Positions 11,377 to 24,257 of a stretch of 64,000 bases of DNA are shown piece by piece. Within the stretch, counting starts at the first letter, position 1. Every line of letters starts with the position of its first letter. The notes beneath the pieces are model-generated. The model searched no databases. It saw only the letters and a list, made by a program, of their open reading frames with translations, and was not told the DNA's origin. A program made the position numbers and the translations under genes. Source of the stretch: Octopus sinensis (lineage: Eukaryota); assembly GCF_006345805.1 (NCBI RefSeq), contig NC_043001.1, positions 66,588,001-66,652,000 of the forward strand, read 5' to 3'.

Positions 11377-11841
11377 GTAAATTCCAGTATTAGCTTTGTT
11401 TTTCATCCTTTTAGGGCCAATTAAATGAATTACAAGTACTGGAGTTGACTATCTTGAGTTTCACCCACAATTTGGTGGCCTTGTGCTTAAGTTGGAGATA
11501 ATTATCAAGGCTGACATAATCAGCCTAGCAGGAGTTTGTTATTGATGATGTACTGTGTCCATAGCCAAGACCCTCACTACCACTTTGTGTTATGGTTGTT
11601 GATATACTGTGTCCTTAGACAAGTTCAAGTAGTAGCACTCTAAAGTTTTAAATTGGTATATAGGATTTATTTTTAATGAAACTATTTGACATTAATTGCA
11701 GAAATGTTACTATTTCAGGTCACCATTATTATTTTAAGACTTTTTGTAAATTCAAAGAATGTGACCCAAAATTTATGAGTGTAAGATACTGGACAACTAC
11801 TGTATGAACTGTGCTCTTTGAGCAAGATACTTATTATGGTT

Positions 11842-13572
11842 GTTAGTTAGTTAGTTAATTTGGCTTAAAAGCAAATAGCAAGGCCATGTAGGGGGACATG
11901 GAGTTAAGTACAGGGTGATGTTCATGTAAAGAGTTCAGGCCACTTGAGGTCCAGGGAGGCTTTGAACAAAGCGGTCGTCGGCATCTTCACCATCTCGTCT
12001 GGCAGCTTGTTCCATGGATCCGCAACCCGGACGGAGAAAGCTCCTCTCCTTCGATTGAGATGAAATCGTCGCAGGTAGAGCTTTTCGGAATGACCCCGCA
12101 GCCGACGCTCTGGAGCAGGAGTGAAGAACAGCTCTTTCGAGAGGTTACACTTTCCGCTTATGATGTTGTGGGTGAGAATGAGATCACCACGGCGGCGGCG
12201 TTTTTCAAGAGAATAAAGGTCGAGCGTCCTCAGCCTTTCTTCGTAGGACAAATTTTTGAGACCACGAACCATGCGGGTAGCCAGCTTCTGGACTCTTTTG
12301 AGATGTTGCATGTCTTTGGGGAGATAAGGAGAAGAGGCTTGAATCCCATACTCCAATATGGGTCTCACCAGCATGACATAGAGTGGTAGGAATATGGCTG
12401 CTGTGAGCATTCCGAATGACCGTCGAATCAAGAACAGAATTCCGCGTGCTTTGTTGGCAGCATGGACGCACTGGACCGAAGGCGAAAAGGAGGAATCCAC
12501 CAAGATACCCAGGTCCTTTACCTGATCGGTCCTCTCCAGCAGCAGACGACCCGGCTCGAAATCAAGTTGAGTTGCAGGAGTAGAGCCGACAGGCAGATGA
12601 CAGCACTTTGACACGTTCAGACACAGGTCCCAATCGTTAGACCACTTCCAAATTTGGTGGAGGCATCGACGAAGATCCTCTATATTACCGCGAGGAGCGA
12701 CCAAATAGAAGGGTGTGTTGCGTGAGGTCGTCGGGCAAGTCATTTATGAAGACTAAGAACAACAAGGGCCCAAGCACTGAATCTTGAGGCACGCCACTGC
12801 TCGCACTGGAGACGTCGGACCGCGAACCATTAACTTGGACTTGGAAGGAGCGATCTGAGAGGAAGGCACCAACCCATCGTACAATATCCGGATGGAAACT
12901 ATATGCTTGAAGCTTGACAAGTAATAGGCGGTGGTTTACCGAGTCAAAAGCTTTGGCAAAGTCCAATAAAACGATGTCAACAGCATCACTATCATCGAGG
13001 ATGCGCGTCACCAATTCTTCCATTACTAGTAAGTTGGTCAAGCATGATCTCTTCGGCACGAAGCCGTGTTGGGAATCAGAGATAGAGGCTGTGTTTAGGA
13101 GGTGGAGCATCATACCTTTCTTAAGGATGGTTTCGAACATCTTGCTGATTATTGATGTAAGGGAAACCGGTCGGTAGTTAAGCGGGTCTTCGCGGCTCCC
13201 TTTCTTGAAAATTGGGCAGATTATCGCTGTTCTCCAGTCTGCAGGTATAACACCCGTCGCCAATGACATATTGAATAGTCGTGTTAAGGGCTCGCAGATG
13301 ACCGGAGCCAACGCTTTGATAACCCGTGGGTGTATGCCGTCAGGGCCGTGACCCTTGTTGACATCGAGGCTTTGAATAACACGTTTGACTTCGTCCCGCG
13401 TGATGACCAATCGAAGCATTGGAGGTACCGATCTATCAAATGGAGGGGGTTCACGACCATCATCTTGTTTGAAAATAGTTGAAAAAGCCTCGGCAAATAA
13501 TTGACTCTGTTGATAAGGGTCCTCAATCGATACGCCGGTTGTATCAATGTATCTGCTGACAAGAGGTTCCAT
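11842..13572 (-). mobile_element. 5'-truncated CR1-clade LINE, GC-rich, young, with (TAAC)n tail
   Basis: Two overlapping ORFs (12685..13572, 11922..12743) give RT (GPDGIHP, NYRPVSLTS, LLDFAKAFDSV, PQDSVLGPLLF) and a CR1 C-terminus (KDLGI...RRRRGDLI...FSVRVADPWNKLP); the tail appears as ttagttagttagtt on + at 11842-11857. Confidence 0.93.
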
Positions 13573-14074
13573 TCCTACTTCACATTTGAGTGGTTAGCTG
13601 TATGATTACAAAAAGCAGATGCCTCAAAAATACTTAAGTTTAACCAATTTTACAAATCCGCACTCTAACTAGCATTGTTAAATACATGTAACACAACAGA
13701 AAAACATGCCAGTTAAACTAATGATTTTTAGGAGACAACAGTCATTTAGTTTAGGTTTAGTTTTTACTGTGAAGTACAAACATATTGTATATCTCCTGCT
13801 GTGTAAATCAAATGTTGATTGTCTGAGACTTTATTAACATTGCTAATTAAAATTAAACTAATTTATTTATAGAAGTATACTATCATTTTTGTGTGTTTAA
13901 CTTACTTTGTTTCTTTTAAATGTGGGAAGCTGATCTGCCATTGAGATTTGACTTTATATTGACCCAGGTCAATAATTTAAAGAGTTTTCTTTGATATTTC
14001 ATCTATGGTAATTGAATTGGTGATCATAATGAAGGTTCTGGAACTCTAGAGTTTCGATGTTCTTTTATCTAATA

Positions 14075-14449
14075 CTAGCAGTATCGCCCGCGTTGCTCAG
14101 GTTGTAAGGGAAATAACTATAAAGCATTTTTAGAGAGTGATAGCCAAAAAATAGCAAAAAAATGGAAAAAATGATGGTAATTTTTTTTGAGAGTAAAAAG
14201 GTTGAGTTGCGTCCCCTAGACAGTCTGTGGTTTGTATTTTTTATTCTCGACCCCATGTCGAATTTCGATTTTTTCAGAACTGGGGGAACTTTTCAAAATT
14301 TTCGCTGCGTTAGTTTTGAATTATGACATTGGGCTATGTGTGTGTCAAGTTTCATCAGAATCGGTTGAAAGCCGTGGTCAGGGTGAGGGTACGAGAAAAC
14401 AGACACACAGAAACACGCACAGACAAACTGCCGTTTATATAGAGAGAGA
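14075..14449 (-). mobile_element. Non-autonomous Helitron (375 bp)
   Basis: Minus strand begins A|TCTCTCTCTATATAAACGGCAG and ends ...GAGCAACGCGGGCGATACTGCTAG|T: 5' TC, 3' CTAG, a subterminal GC-rich hairpin remnant, and insertion between A and T. Confidence 0.8.
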
Positions 14450-14530
14450 TATGCTTGTTTATGTGTATGTGTGTATAATTGCACATATGCATACATACTT
14501 GTATACATGCAAACATTCATACAAATTTAT

Positions 14531-14590
14531 TTTGCAAAGCTGATGATCATACTAGATGTATGAGAACCAGAATGTATTTATACTTTCAAA
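14531..14590 (+). ncRNA. Degenerate type I hammerhead-like motif (Penelope-type)
   Basis: tttgcaaag-CTGATGA-tcatac/tagat/gtatga (6-bp helix II)-GAAC (one A short)...ata-ctttcaaa (pairs with tttg(c)aaag). Confidence 0.45.
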
Positions 14591-16549
14591 CATTTACAAT
14601 ATTGGTGGAACATAACAATATAAACAGCAATACATTACAAACATAATAGACTTTATATGACTTGTATGTGATACAGAACAAAAGAGATGCATTGTTGTAA
14701 AGCTGTAGAAGTCAGCTGTCCATCAGACATAACTGTCTTATCTAAAGTTATGTTCTTGTGATAATCCAGAGCTAGGTTAGGAATTGAGCTTGCAACCACC
14801 AATCCAGAGATATTTCAGCCTTGACCATTCTAGGTTTTAAGGTGTCTTTAGGACTGTATTATTTCTTAATGTGTCCTTAAGATGTTATGTTGTGTTTTAA
14901 GGCAGATTTACTACTATTTCTAGCTTCTTCAAGCTTCCTTGTTGAGTGAGACCCAGGTGTGTGTGTATATGCATATCACCATCACTGTCATCATTGTTGT
15001 TGACCTCACTGTTGTCATCATCAGTCTCCTTTATCATCATTGTCATTGATATTGTTGTCATCACCATCATCATCACTTCCATCCAGCTTCATTGTTATCA
15101 TCAACCTCATCATACTCAACCTTCGTATTATATGAGAATTTAATTTTGTCAATATTATGTGTATGATGCCACATTGTGAGGGCTGGAATGTGTGTGAGGT
15201 TGTGTAAAGTTAATCAATTGTAAACAAGTTGCATGGGTTTCTATCAATAACAAAACTGTTTATACATAGTCTGCATTGTAAATATATGATATGATGATGA
15301 TAATGATGACATAAAAGAAACAAGTAATTCTTAATACCATCTACAATTTATGAATGGATTGGATGAAAGAAAAACATCTGTCTTCATTGAATATATTGAT
15401 TTAAGTTCATATGTTTGTTTGCTTCAATAGAACGGATTTTTATGAGTTCAGGTATCCTCTACTGTATGTAGAATGGAATGGAATCTCAATATATTTTATT
15501 ATGGAATGTTTGTCATTATCTTTTAATAGGTCATTTATTGTTGCTGAGGTTTTTTTAAAGTATTTTTTGTATCTCTTCTTTTTCTATTGAAATTTAAGTA
15601 GGCGGGAAAAATTTATTGCAAACAGAATATTAATATGAGCCTACTTCATGTACAGAAAAAAAAAAAAGAAAAGAAGTATCAAGATGTGTATGCATAATTA
15701 TTCATATTCTCAGGGCTGTCACATGACTTTTAGAGGCCCCCTGCAACTTTTTGTTTTGGGGTCCCATCTCTTCAATCCAAATTCATAATCTACACACCTT
15801 TTATTTATAGCTATATTTTATTTTATTCAATATTTCACGTTATCCTAAAGAACATCTTTAAAAGCACAAGTTAAATTTATTTAAGGCTGGAACTATCGTA
15901 TCATTTCATGTTTAGGAAAGCCAACATTTGATAGGGTTGAATATTTGTTCGATGGACTCACAAATATAAGAAGACAAGCATTTCAAAATAACAACTGTTG
16001 GAGTATAGTTGTCTCAGCTTGTATGCGAAGAAGTTTATTCAAGAATATTGCAGCAAGTTGTATAAACAGAACAAAAGAGTGTGTGTGTGCAAATAACATT
16101 ATGGCATTATTTAACTTACATAAAAGCAAACTGGTCATAATGTGAAATCTAGAAGAAATATTCATAATTTGATAAATGCCGAAACATTATGATAATGCGA
16201 ACTGTGAGTATAGTTATTCATCACTTTTGTTGGTCAAAAAAGCAAAGGTATCTGTTATAACCAAGACACCTGACAAAGCATCCGTTCTATATGAAGGCAA
16301 GCTGCAGACTGACTTTGCCTGTAGTATATGTTGACTAGAAAGAACTTAATCAATATTCCTGCATTCTATCACATGATTGGACTGGTCAGCCATAGAATAT
16401 ATTGAATATTGCGTACCTCTGCACATCTTTTTGCAGAGATGATATAGTTCTGCTACAGGTCTATTACAAATTTCAATAAGTAAAGCTTCCAGATATGAAT
16501 AAAAGAGCCCTTTTATAATCCAGGTAACTTTCAAAGATAAACACAGCAC

Positions 16550-19045
16550 ACTTTTCACTTTGTGAAATCATCGATCAGTTCAGAATAATCAAGCTGAGAG
16601 CTAAGTTCATGTTCGATAGATATCATAGACAATCCACAAAGTCTTTCCTGTGCCATAGTGGACTGCAGGTATCATTTAATTGACTTTAATTTGGAGAAAC
16701 TGCACTCTCTGCTTGCAACACTCACAGGCATTGAAAGGATAATTTGCAAACCCACTAAAATCTCCATAAGGCCAGATTTCTGAATATAATCGACCACATC
16801 ATGGAATTTCCTGCACTCAGGTGATAGAAAATGCAAAAGTGAATGAAGCTCTTCTACTAGCTCTGTCTTTACATTATCTGCCTTGACAACATCATCATCA
16901 GTATGTACAGTGCAATGGAAACAATTGCACAGTGTTCCAGTAGCTTCTGATTTTCCCAGTGTTTCAGTAATGTTGTAAAGGAATGCAAAGACGTTGTTGT
17001 GCATGCTCAACATGTCACAGCGTTCACTAAGGGAGGCAAGAGCAACATTGATTGCATGAAAAAAGAAGTGCATTTTCAAATTTTGCAAAGCATCGAGAGA
17101 TTCATCTTCACTTTCATATCCAAAGTGGTGTGGCACATGGTCTCCTTTCGCTTGTCATCTCCACTGGTATCTCCAATTGTTTACATAATTCAGTTACTAC
17201 ATTGACTGCTGATGAGAAAAACATTTCATTTTCTCAATAGCTGCGCATCAAGGACTGTGTGGATGAGATAAGCTCCTGGGCAATGTCAGTTTGCATGTTT
17301 GCATGCTAAAAGTATCTTGCTGACCTCATTGATATCAGTTAGCATATCGTACTATATTACCAAACACAGAAGAAAGCAGAAGGAAGCAATTTCTGCAGCT
17401 AATACATTTGCCTCTGAAAGCATTACGAATGCTTATCAACATGCTATGGATGTCCTTGGTTTTGAATCGAAGGGGTTTTATGCTTTCACCTTTGCTTTCC
17501 CAATGAGTGTCTGGTGGATATTTCACTGTGATGGAGCAGAATTCCTTCAAAGTGTTTTATCTAGACGTTGATGCTGCAAAAAATGAATATACATGCTGGA
17601 AGTAACCAAAGAGACAACCGTCACTGATGGGTTTGCTACATTGCACACAACAAAGTTTAGACTGTGATTCATGCAAGGTAAATAGAATGCTCACGGATTC
17701 TTCTATAGAAATCTTGCTTGGACTCCAGAATATTTTCCCTCCATATTACTGCCATTATCATAACTTATCATAGCTACAATACATCAGATCCAGCCCCAAC
17801 GAAGTGAGCTTCTCCAAGAGTGATTCAAAAAGTCCTGCTCTACTTGTGTCAGTAACTTTCAAAAACCCAACAAAGTACTCTTTGATTTCGGTTTAGTCTT
17901 TTTGAAGTTTAATGAAAAAGATGATCATGGTCATTTGCTCCTGATGACTGATATCCAGCATGCAGTCGAGTACAATGTTGTAGAATTTAGCAGCCTTTGC
18001 CCAATTGGTGATTTCTTTCAAAATGTGGTCAGAAATGAGTGATATCAATTCATTTTGACTATCAGATCCCAAATAATGAGCCACTATTTCTGCATTCTGT
18101 ATATAGTAATAGAAAGTTTTCAGGCAAAGTACAGTTGCTTGCAAAGTTCAATCCCATTTTGGCAGAACACCTGCAGCATATTAATATATTGGAAACACCT
18201 CGAAAGGCCATATTCCTGTCTGCTAAAAACAGAACAATTGTCAAGATACATTTCTTACATTGCACGATAATGAGCTCTCTCCTTTTCCACTAAAGCAATT
18301 GCCTGTTTGTCAAGAGTTGAAGCTGTTCTAAAGTGAAATTCAAGCTCCATCCATTTCATCATGTACTGTCTATGGTCCATTGATTTCTTATGTTCTAAGG
18401 TCTTGCTCAAATATTGCCAACTGCTGAATTCTTCAGACATTAGTTTCATTTTTTTCTGTGATCAAACAGCTTACAACAGAAACAATATACTGCATCATGC
18501 TGAATTGAACATACAAGCTACGTTTGAAATATCATTTCGCCATTTGGCAGCATCTTAGAATAGAAGTTGATATTGAATCTGCAGTTTTCTTTTGATTTAG
18601 GAAATTTGTATTCTTTTACTTGAACAGTTCTAAGTTTCACAATGTCAGTACACATGCTAATGGATATAGTTTCTAGCCAAGATGCAGTGTCAATAGTGGT
18701 AGTAACTGCTTCTTGTTGCACAACCATATTTTCAGCAATAGTTAAAGGTTGTTGACAGCACGCATCATATAAGTCCTTCGCATTTCCCTCCACTGCTGAA
18801 AATGTAGTAACCTACTGTGAATTTTCATTGCATCCACGCATTTGTTGTTGTTTGGTGTTTCCATCATTATTTGCTTGCCTGTCTTCTCCGGGCAGTGGTG
18901 CATTGTTATTCGATGATAGTAATGTCACTGATGTATACGGTAGCTTAAATTGATCCATAATTCCAGCCTTTCCTGTTGTTTGCCAGTTTCTCTCGTTTTT
19001 TGCACTTTTGTGCACTGGATTCATGCTTTTGGAACAACACCACTT
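16550..19045 (-). pseudogene. Decayed hAT transposase (TTF-type Zn-finger region, DUF4371-like region, C-terminal dimerisation domain)
   Basis: Fragments KFPKSKENCRFNINFYSKMLPNGE; HYLGSDSQNELISLI...FYNIVLDCMLDISHQEQMT; SMPVSVASRECSFSKLKSIK then YLQSTMAQERLCGLSMISIEHE; many stops and frameshifts. Confidence 0.88.
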
Positions 19046-20400
19046 GAAATCTGAAATACAAGGTACTCAGTAAAAATAGCATGAAATTTATTGCATAAGA
19101 TTAATGCAAGATTTATAATTGTTTCATAGACACGTAATACTTAGGGCTTTATCAACAGGTATAAATATGTATCTTGGCCTGCATATATTTGGTTATGAGA
19201 AACAGATACAGGTGATGCAAATACAAAATACTAGTGTGGACATAAGTATAGCTACAGAACATGCAGTGAAATATAAATTTAAAAAATGTTTCCCTCATTA
19301 TTTGCTTGCCCATTGTTCCATTTAGTGGGACACTTCATTTATTGAGCTTTTTTTTTTTCAAATATTTCAAATAATTCATTTTCCAGACAGTTGCTGCGGA
19401 TGCTTACATTTCGCTACCAAAAAATTCTGTCACCCTATTTCAGTGATTTTCATGATCAATTGGTATAGGGAAGCTTTCATTATGTTCTGCAGGTCCATAA
19501 GAAATGATGGAAGTTGAGGAAGACACAAGATCTTGGTTTGATTTTTTTTTGTATTCCATGTTTTGGAGTTTTCCTGAGAAAGAACAGTGTCCTTTTCATG
19601 ACTACATTTAAAATATCTACAAATATCCATTTCAAATCAAGTTATATTAGAATCTTTAAAAAAAGTCTTTAAAAAATACTCGTACAAATTAAAATACCAA
19701 AAATTTTCAGTCCCAAACTAAAGCAAACTATTTCAAATTATATATTTTTGAAAAAAAAAAAATTATGTTCTCAAAGACTTGATAACAGTCGAAAAAGCCT
19801 TTTTTTAAAATTCTATATTTCACTGTTAGCTGTTGCAATATTTCGATTGGATAAACAATTCTAAAATTCAAACTGTAAAGTCAAAATACCAAAGATGCAA
19901 AATATGAAGAATTTCTTACCTTTCACTGAAATCACAAATTCATGGGTCATTTTCATAGCATTTTTTATGATGGCCAGATAACTGAAGAGATGGCGGCGTG
20001 GATTTCCACCATGACATCCGAAACAACTGAATAATTGTCACATATTACATTTATATATACATATATATAGAGAGAGAGACAGACAGAGACAGAGAGACTA
20101 CGAGATGTGTGTGTCTTTGGTACACCTTTATCTATCTAGCTATCTATCTATCATCCCAAGGAATGGATTTGGTAGACAGAAACAGTAAATATGTGTGTGT
20201 ATGTTTGTATGTATATATGTATGCATGTATGTGTATCTTTGTGTGTGTAAGTATACATCCCCACCTGTCATCACCATTGCTTCTCTTTCTTGTCTTTTCT
20301 ATTCAAGTTGTTTTTATTTTCTTTGTTTTGAATTTCTTTCATTTTTCTTTTATCTCCCTAGGGAATTCGTTGACAAGCTTTTTTCATTTCTCTTAGCCTG

Positions 20401-21513
20401 CTAGAATAAGAATAGCCTGGGCAAAGTTCAGAGAGCTCTTACCTCTGCTGGTAACAAAGGGACCCTCGCTCAGAGTAAAAGGTAGACTGTATGACACATG
20501 TGTACGAACAACCATGCTACATGGCAGTGAAACATGAGCCGTGACTGCTGAGGATATGCCTTAGCTCACAAGAAATGAAGCCAGTATGCTCTGATGGATG
20601 TGTAATGTCAGTGTGCATACTCGACAGAGTGTAAGTACCTTGAGAGAAAAGTTGGACCTAAGAAGCATCAGATGTGGTGTGCAAGAGAGACGACTGTGCT
20701 GGTATGGTCATGTGGCAAGAATGGATGAGGATAGCTGTGTGAAAAAATGTCACACCCTAGCGGTTGAGGGAACCTGTGGAAGATGTAGACACAGGAAGAC
20801 CTGGTATGAGGTGGTGAAGCACAACCTTCGAACATTAGGCCTCACCGAGGCAATGACTAGTGACCGAGACCTTTGGAAACATGCAATGCATGAGAAGACC
20901 CGGCAAGCCAAGTGAGACCATAACCAGTGACCTATGCCAAGGGTGTAACCAGCCCACTTATGCATACCTTTCTCTCATTGGACACTAAACTCTGCTTGCG
21001 AAGACCTGTTGAGGCAAGTGAAATCAAAATCAAATCAAATTTGCAAATTTGATTACTGGCACCCGTGCCAGTGGAGTGCTAAGAGTACCATCCGAGCATG
21101 ATCGCTGCCAGAGCAGCTGACTGGCTTCCGTGCCGGTGGCACATAAAAAGCACCATTCAAACGTGATCGTAACCAATGTTGTCTTACTGGCACTTGTGCT
21201 AGTGGCATGTGAAAAACATTCAAGCGAGGTCGTTGCCAGTGCTGCATGGACTGGCTCCTGTGCAGGTGGCACGTAAAAAACACCACTTGAGCATGGCCAC
21301 TGCCAGTACCACCTAACTGGCCCTCATGCTGGTGGCACGTAAAAGCACCCACTACACTCTTGGAGTGGTTGGTATTAGGAAGGGCATCCAGTTGTAGAAA
21401 CTCTGCCAGATCAGATTGGAGCCTGGTGCAGCCATCTGGTTCGCCAGTCCTCAGTCAAATTGTCTAACCCATGCTAGCATGGAAAGTGGATGTTAAACGA
21501 TGATGATGATGAT
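20401..21513 (+). mobile_element. RTE LINE 3' fragment nested in the hAT
   Basis: RIAWAKFRELLPLL...RRL.WYGHVARMDEDSCVKKC with stops; 3' UTR tandem units; (GAT)5. Shares ttagctcacaagaaatgaagccagtatgct with copy 3. Confidence 0.92.
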
Positions 21514-21974
21514 ACACCCTCCTTGTCTGGCTTGAAATTTTCAGTTAACATCTTAACCAAAGTAAATAGATGACTCATATATGAACTTTGATCTTAACAT
21601 GGGGCCCCTCATCTACAGAGGCCCCCCCCCCTGTGACTGCAGGGGTTGCAAGGGCTTAGTGATGGCCCTGCATATTCTGCCAACATTGTCATAATGTTTT
21701 AGTAAAGCCTGTATTTGCTAAGCTTCATAAAAAAAAAACATCTGTGATGAATACACAATGACATTTAGTGAATGTGTGTTTTAGTGATGCAACAAGGCCA
21801 TGTTGTAAGAATATGAAGGACTTTAATTATATAATACAGTTTTTAACACTAAATTCTATTTTTTCTTGTGGTCCGTTGTGATTATCTAAATGGATCTCTA
21901 CCTCTCTCTGTTTGTTTCTTGCTAACTAAATAATAATTTGAAGCAATATATTTATTTTCAGTATATTTTTAACA

Positions 21975-22215
21975 TTTTAGGAATTACGGAGATGCAGCAT
22001 GGAATTTTGTCAGTGAACAGGTCGCGGTCTCAAAGCGACAAAAATATTTTGGCAAATTAAATTTAAATGTTGGAGTGAATCTAACGGTTTTTGTGTGTTT
22101 CTTAAATGGCTTATAAACACCTTCCACGCTGCTGCATACTCCTGTTTCAGGATGTTGTCCCACTTCACTGCTAAGTGTTACACAGTTATTTATATAAAAC
22201 TCAAACACTTTAAGA
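21975..22215. mobile_element. Probable Penelope-like pseudo-LTR remnant
   Basis: Contains two decayed hammerhead-like layouts in opposite orientation (ttttgtc-agtgaacag...gacaaaa on +; gca-gtgaagtg-gga/caaca/tcc-tgaaacaggagta-tgc on -). Family assignment is by resemblance only. Confidence 0.35.
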
Positions 22216-22331
22216 TGAAGGAAAGATGATTATTGATAATTGTTTTTTCATTAAAATTGTATTGTGTCACTCACAGAAAGGGAGAAGAATGGAGTAAAAT
22301 AATGAAGCTGAGACAGTTTATAATGGAAAGA

Positions 22332-22658
22332 TCAAATAATGTCACTGAACAATACTGAACATTCAGAGCTACTTATAGCAGTGTAAAATGAATATTTGTA
22401 TTTCTTACCATTATTAGTGATTTCAGTATAAGTAAAATAGTAGGTAATGTGCCATCCTAGAGTAAGAAATCTGTACTGTTCTTGTCCTTTTTCAAATTTT
22501 TTTTTTACCCAAGCTACCTCCCTCTCTATTGTAGCCCACTCAATTGAAGAATATTTTAATCTTGAAAGTTGCATGGTAACCTCACTAGCACTAGTGCCAA
22601 AAGAAGAGGCAAAAACACCAAGTACTCTATGTAAAATGTTTGGTTTTATGTAGGGCAT
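22332..22658 (-). pseudogene. Possible decayed Ty3/gypsy RNase H-like fragment
   Basis: VLGVFASSFGTSA...YSSIEWATIEREVAWVKKKF loosely parallels gypsy RNase H (L.VDASSYG.GA...NYAQIEREALAIVWAVKKF); the key Asp is absent. Confidence 0.3.
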
Positions 22659-22872
22659 ATGGAAACTTTGTCAAAATAGACATTGGAGCATGATGCAGTT
22701 CTTAGGACCACCAAATCCTGTCAAACTTATGCCAGCATGGAACATAGACATTAAATATGATGATGGGTACATGTGCTTTTAAATGTTTAATGTGGATATA
22801 TAGTGGATTAATAATAAACATCAAGAAAATCATGTTTTGTTTTTCAAAACCTGACTTTTTCCAGCATTCTAA

Positions 22873-23101
22873 TTTCTTTATTGCCCACAAGGGGCTAAAC
22901 ATAGAGGGGACAAACAAGGACAGACAAAGGGATTAAGTCAATTGCATCGACCCCAGTGCGTAACTGGTACTTAATTTATCGAGCCCAAAAGGATGAAAGG
23001 CAAAGTCAACCTCAGCGGAATTTTAACTCAGAATGTAGCGGCAGACGAAATACCACTCAGCATTTCGCCCAGCGTGCTAATGTTTCTGCCAGCTTGCCGC
23101 C
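22873..23101 (-). mobile_element. tRNA-head SINE with conserved central domain (MetaSINE-like)
   Basis: Minus strand ggcggcaagctggcagaaacattagcacg...gttaaaattccgctgaggttgactttgcctttcatccttttgggctcgataaattaagtaccag; older copies at 36746-36937, 51730-51897 and 63245-63310. The superfamily name is from memory and was not searched. Confidence 0.8.
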
Positions 23102-23711
23102 TTTTCTAGCATTCTAGCTGCGAAAAATCATATTTCTTTTACTATATCATGTATGCAATATTATGTTATCCAATGCATCTGTTTTTAAGATAATAGGCTG
23201 CAATGTGAGGAAGATGTGGATGCTATTATTAACTGGTCGAGTTGCCACCTAGAGACTTTCTTTTAATTCATATCACTGTTTGTGAATAACATGACAAAAA
23301 ATAATGTGGCAAAAAATAAAAAGTTTAGAAAATCAAATTAAAAGTATTTTCAATAAGATTGTTCATATTGTATGTCAATATTTGATAAGATATTTTTGTA
23401 ACCACACCCAATACAACCACAAACAGGTGTAATTTCTATTCGGGTACATGATAATTAGGAATGACATCAAATATAAACTTGTTCTAATAATATCTGAAGT
23501 TTCTGACCAAGCCAGTTTATGCTGAGAAAAGAAGGTGTAATTTTTTTTAATGAAGTTTTGCTTTTATTGGTTTCGTGTCCTTAAAGCACCTATGGGTTAG
23601 TCAGAAAACTGTGTTTCAAACTCAGTATCAGTGGTGTGACTTCATTTATATTTCATTTAGCTTGTACCACTGGGATAAACAAAGCCAGAGGGTTATCTAT
23701 TAACGATATCT

Positions 23712-24140
23712 GCAGGTATAGCTATGCGACTCTGTGGCACCTTGGGTAAGTGTCTTGTACTAGAGCCTCAGTCTGACCAATATCTTTTGAGTGAATTTAG
23801 CAGACAGAAACTGAAATAGAGGCATGTCATATGAATGTGTGTGTGTATGCATAGCCATTTAAGTATGAGTATGTATGTGTGCATATATTTATGTTTGCAT
23901 GCCTGTGTGTCTTTGTCTTGGCATCACATGCTAATTGTAAACAAATGTCAGCATCATACAGTTGGTGGCATTTATTGAAATCTGTTGTAAAAATATGCCC
24001 AGACTATGAGAGAATTTTGCCTTGTTTGGAAACAAGTGAGAGTTGGTGATGGAAAGAGCATCCATTCATTGAAAATCTGTTTAAAGTGGTTTTGTCTGAA
24101 CTTTCAAACATGGAAAAGTAGATGTTAAAATGATGATGAA
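23712..24140 (+). mobile_element. SINE with RTE-like tail
   Basis: Body gtggcaccttgggtaagtgtc...gtgaatttagcagacagaaactgaaa, internal (TG)n, tail catggaaaagtagatgttaaaatgatgatg. Confidence 0.7.
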
Positions 24141-24257
24141 GATTGATTTTGGCATGATTTAGATATAAGTACTGTGTCCTGATGAAACAATTTCTAGCCA
24201 GTAAGGAACCTCTTTGTGGTTGTTCACTGGAAATAGCAGTCAAACCACCCTTTTATC

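Larger units (their letters stand above)
15711..21670 (-). mobile_element. hAT DNA transposon with both ends and 8-bp TSD (ZMYM1/Tip100-like transposase)
   Basis: TIRs cagggctgtcac and gtgatggccctg (10/12 match); identical flanking CATATTCT at 15703-15710 and 21671-21678; GGGGCCCC-type subterminal motifs; fragmented transposase on the minus strand. Confidence 0.93.
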
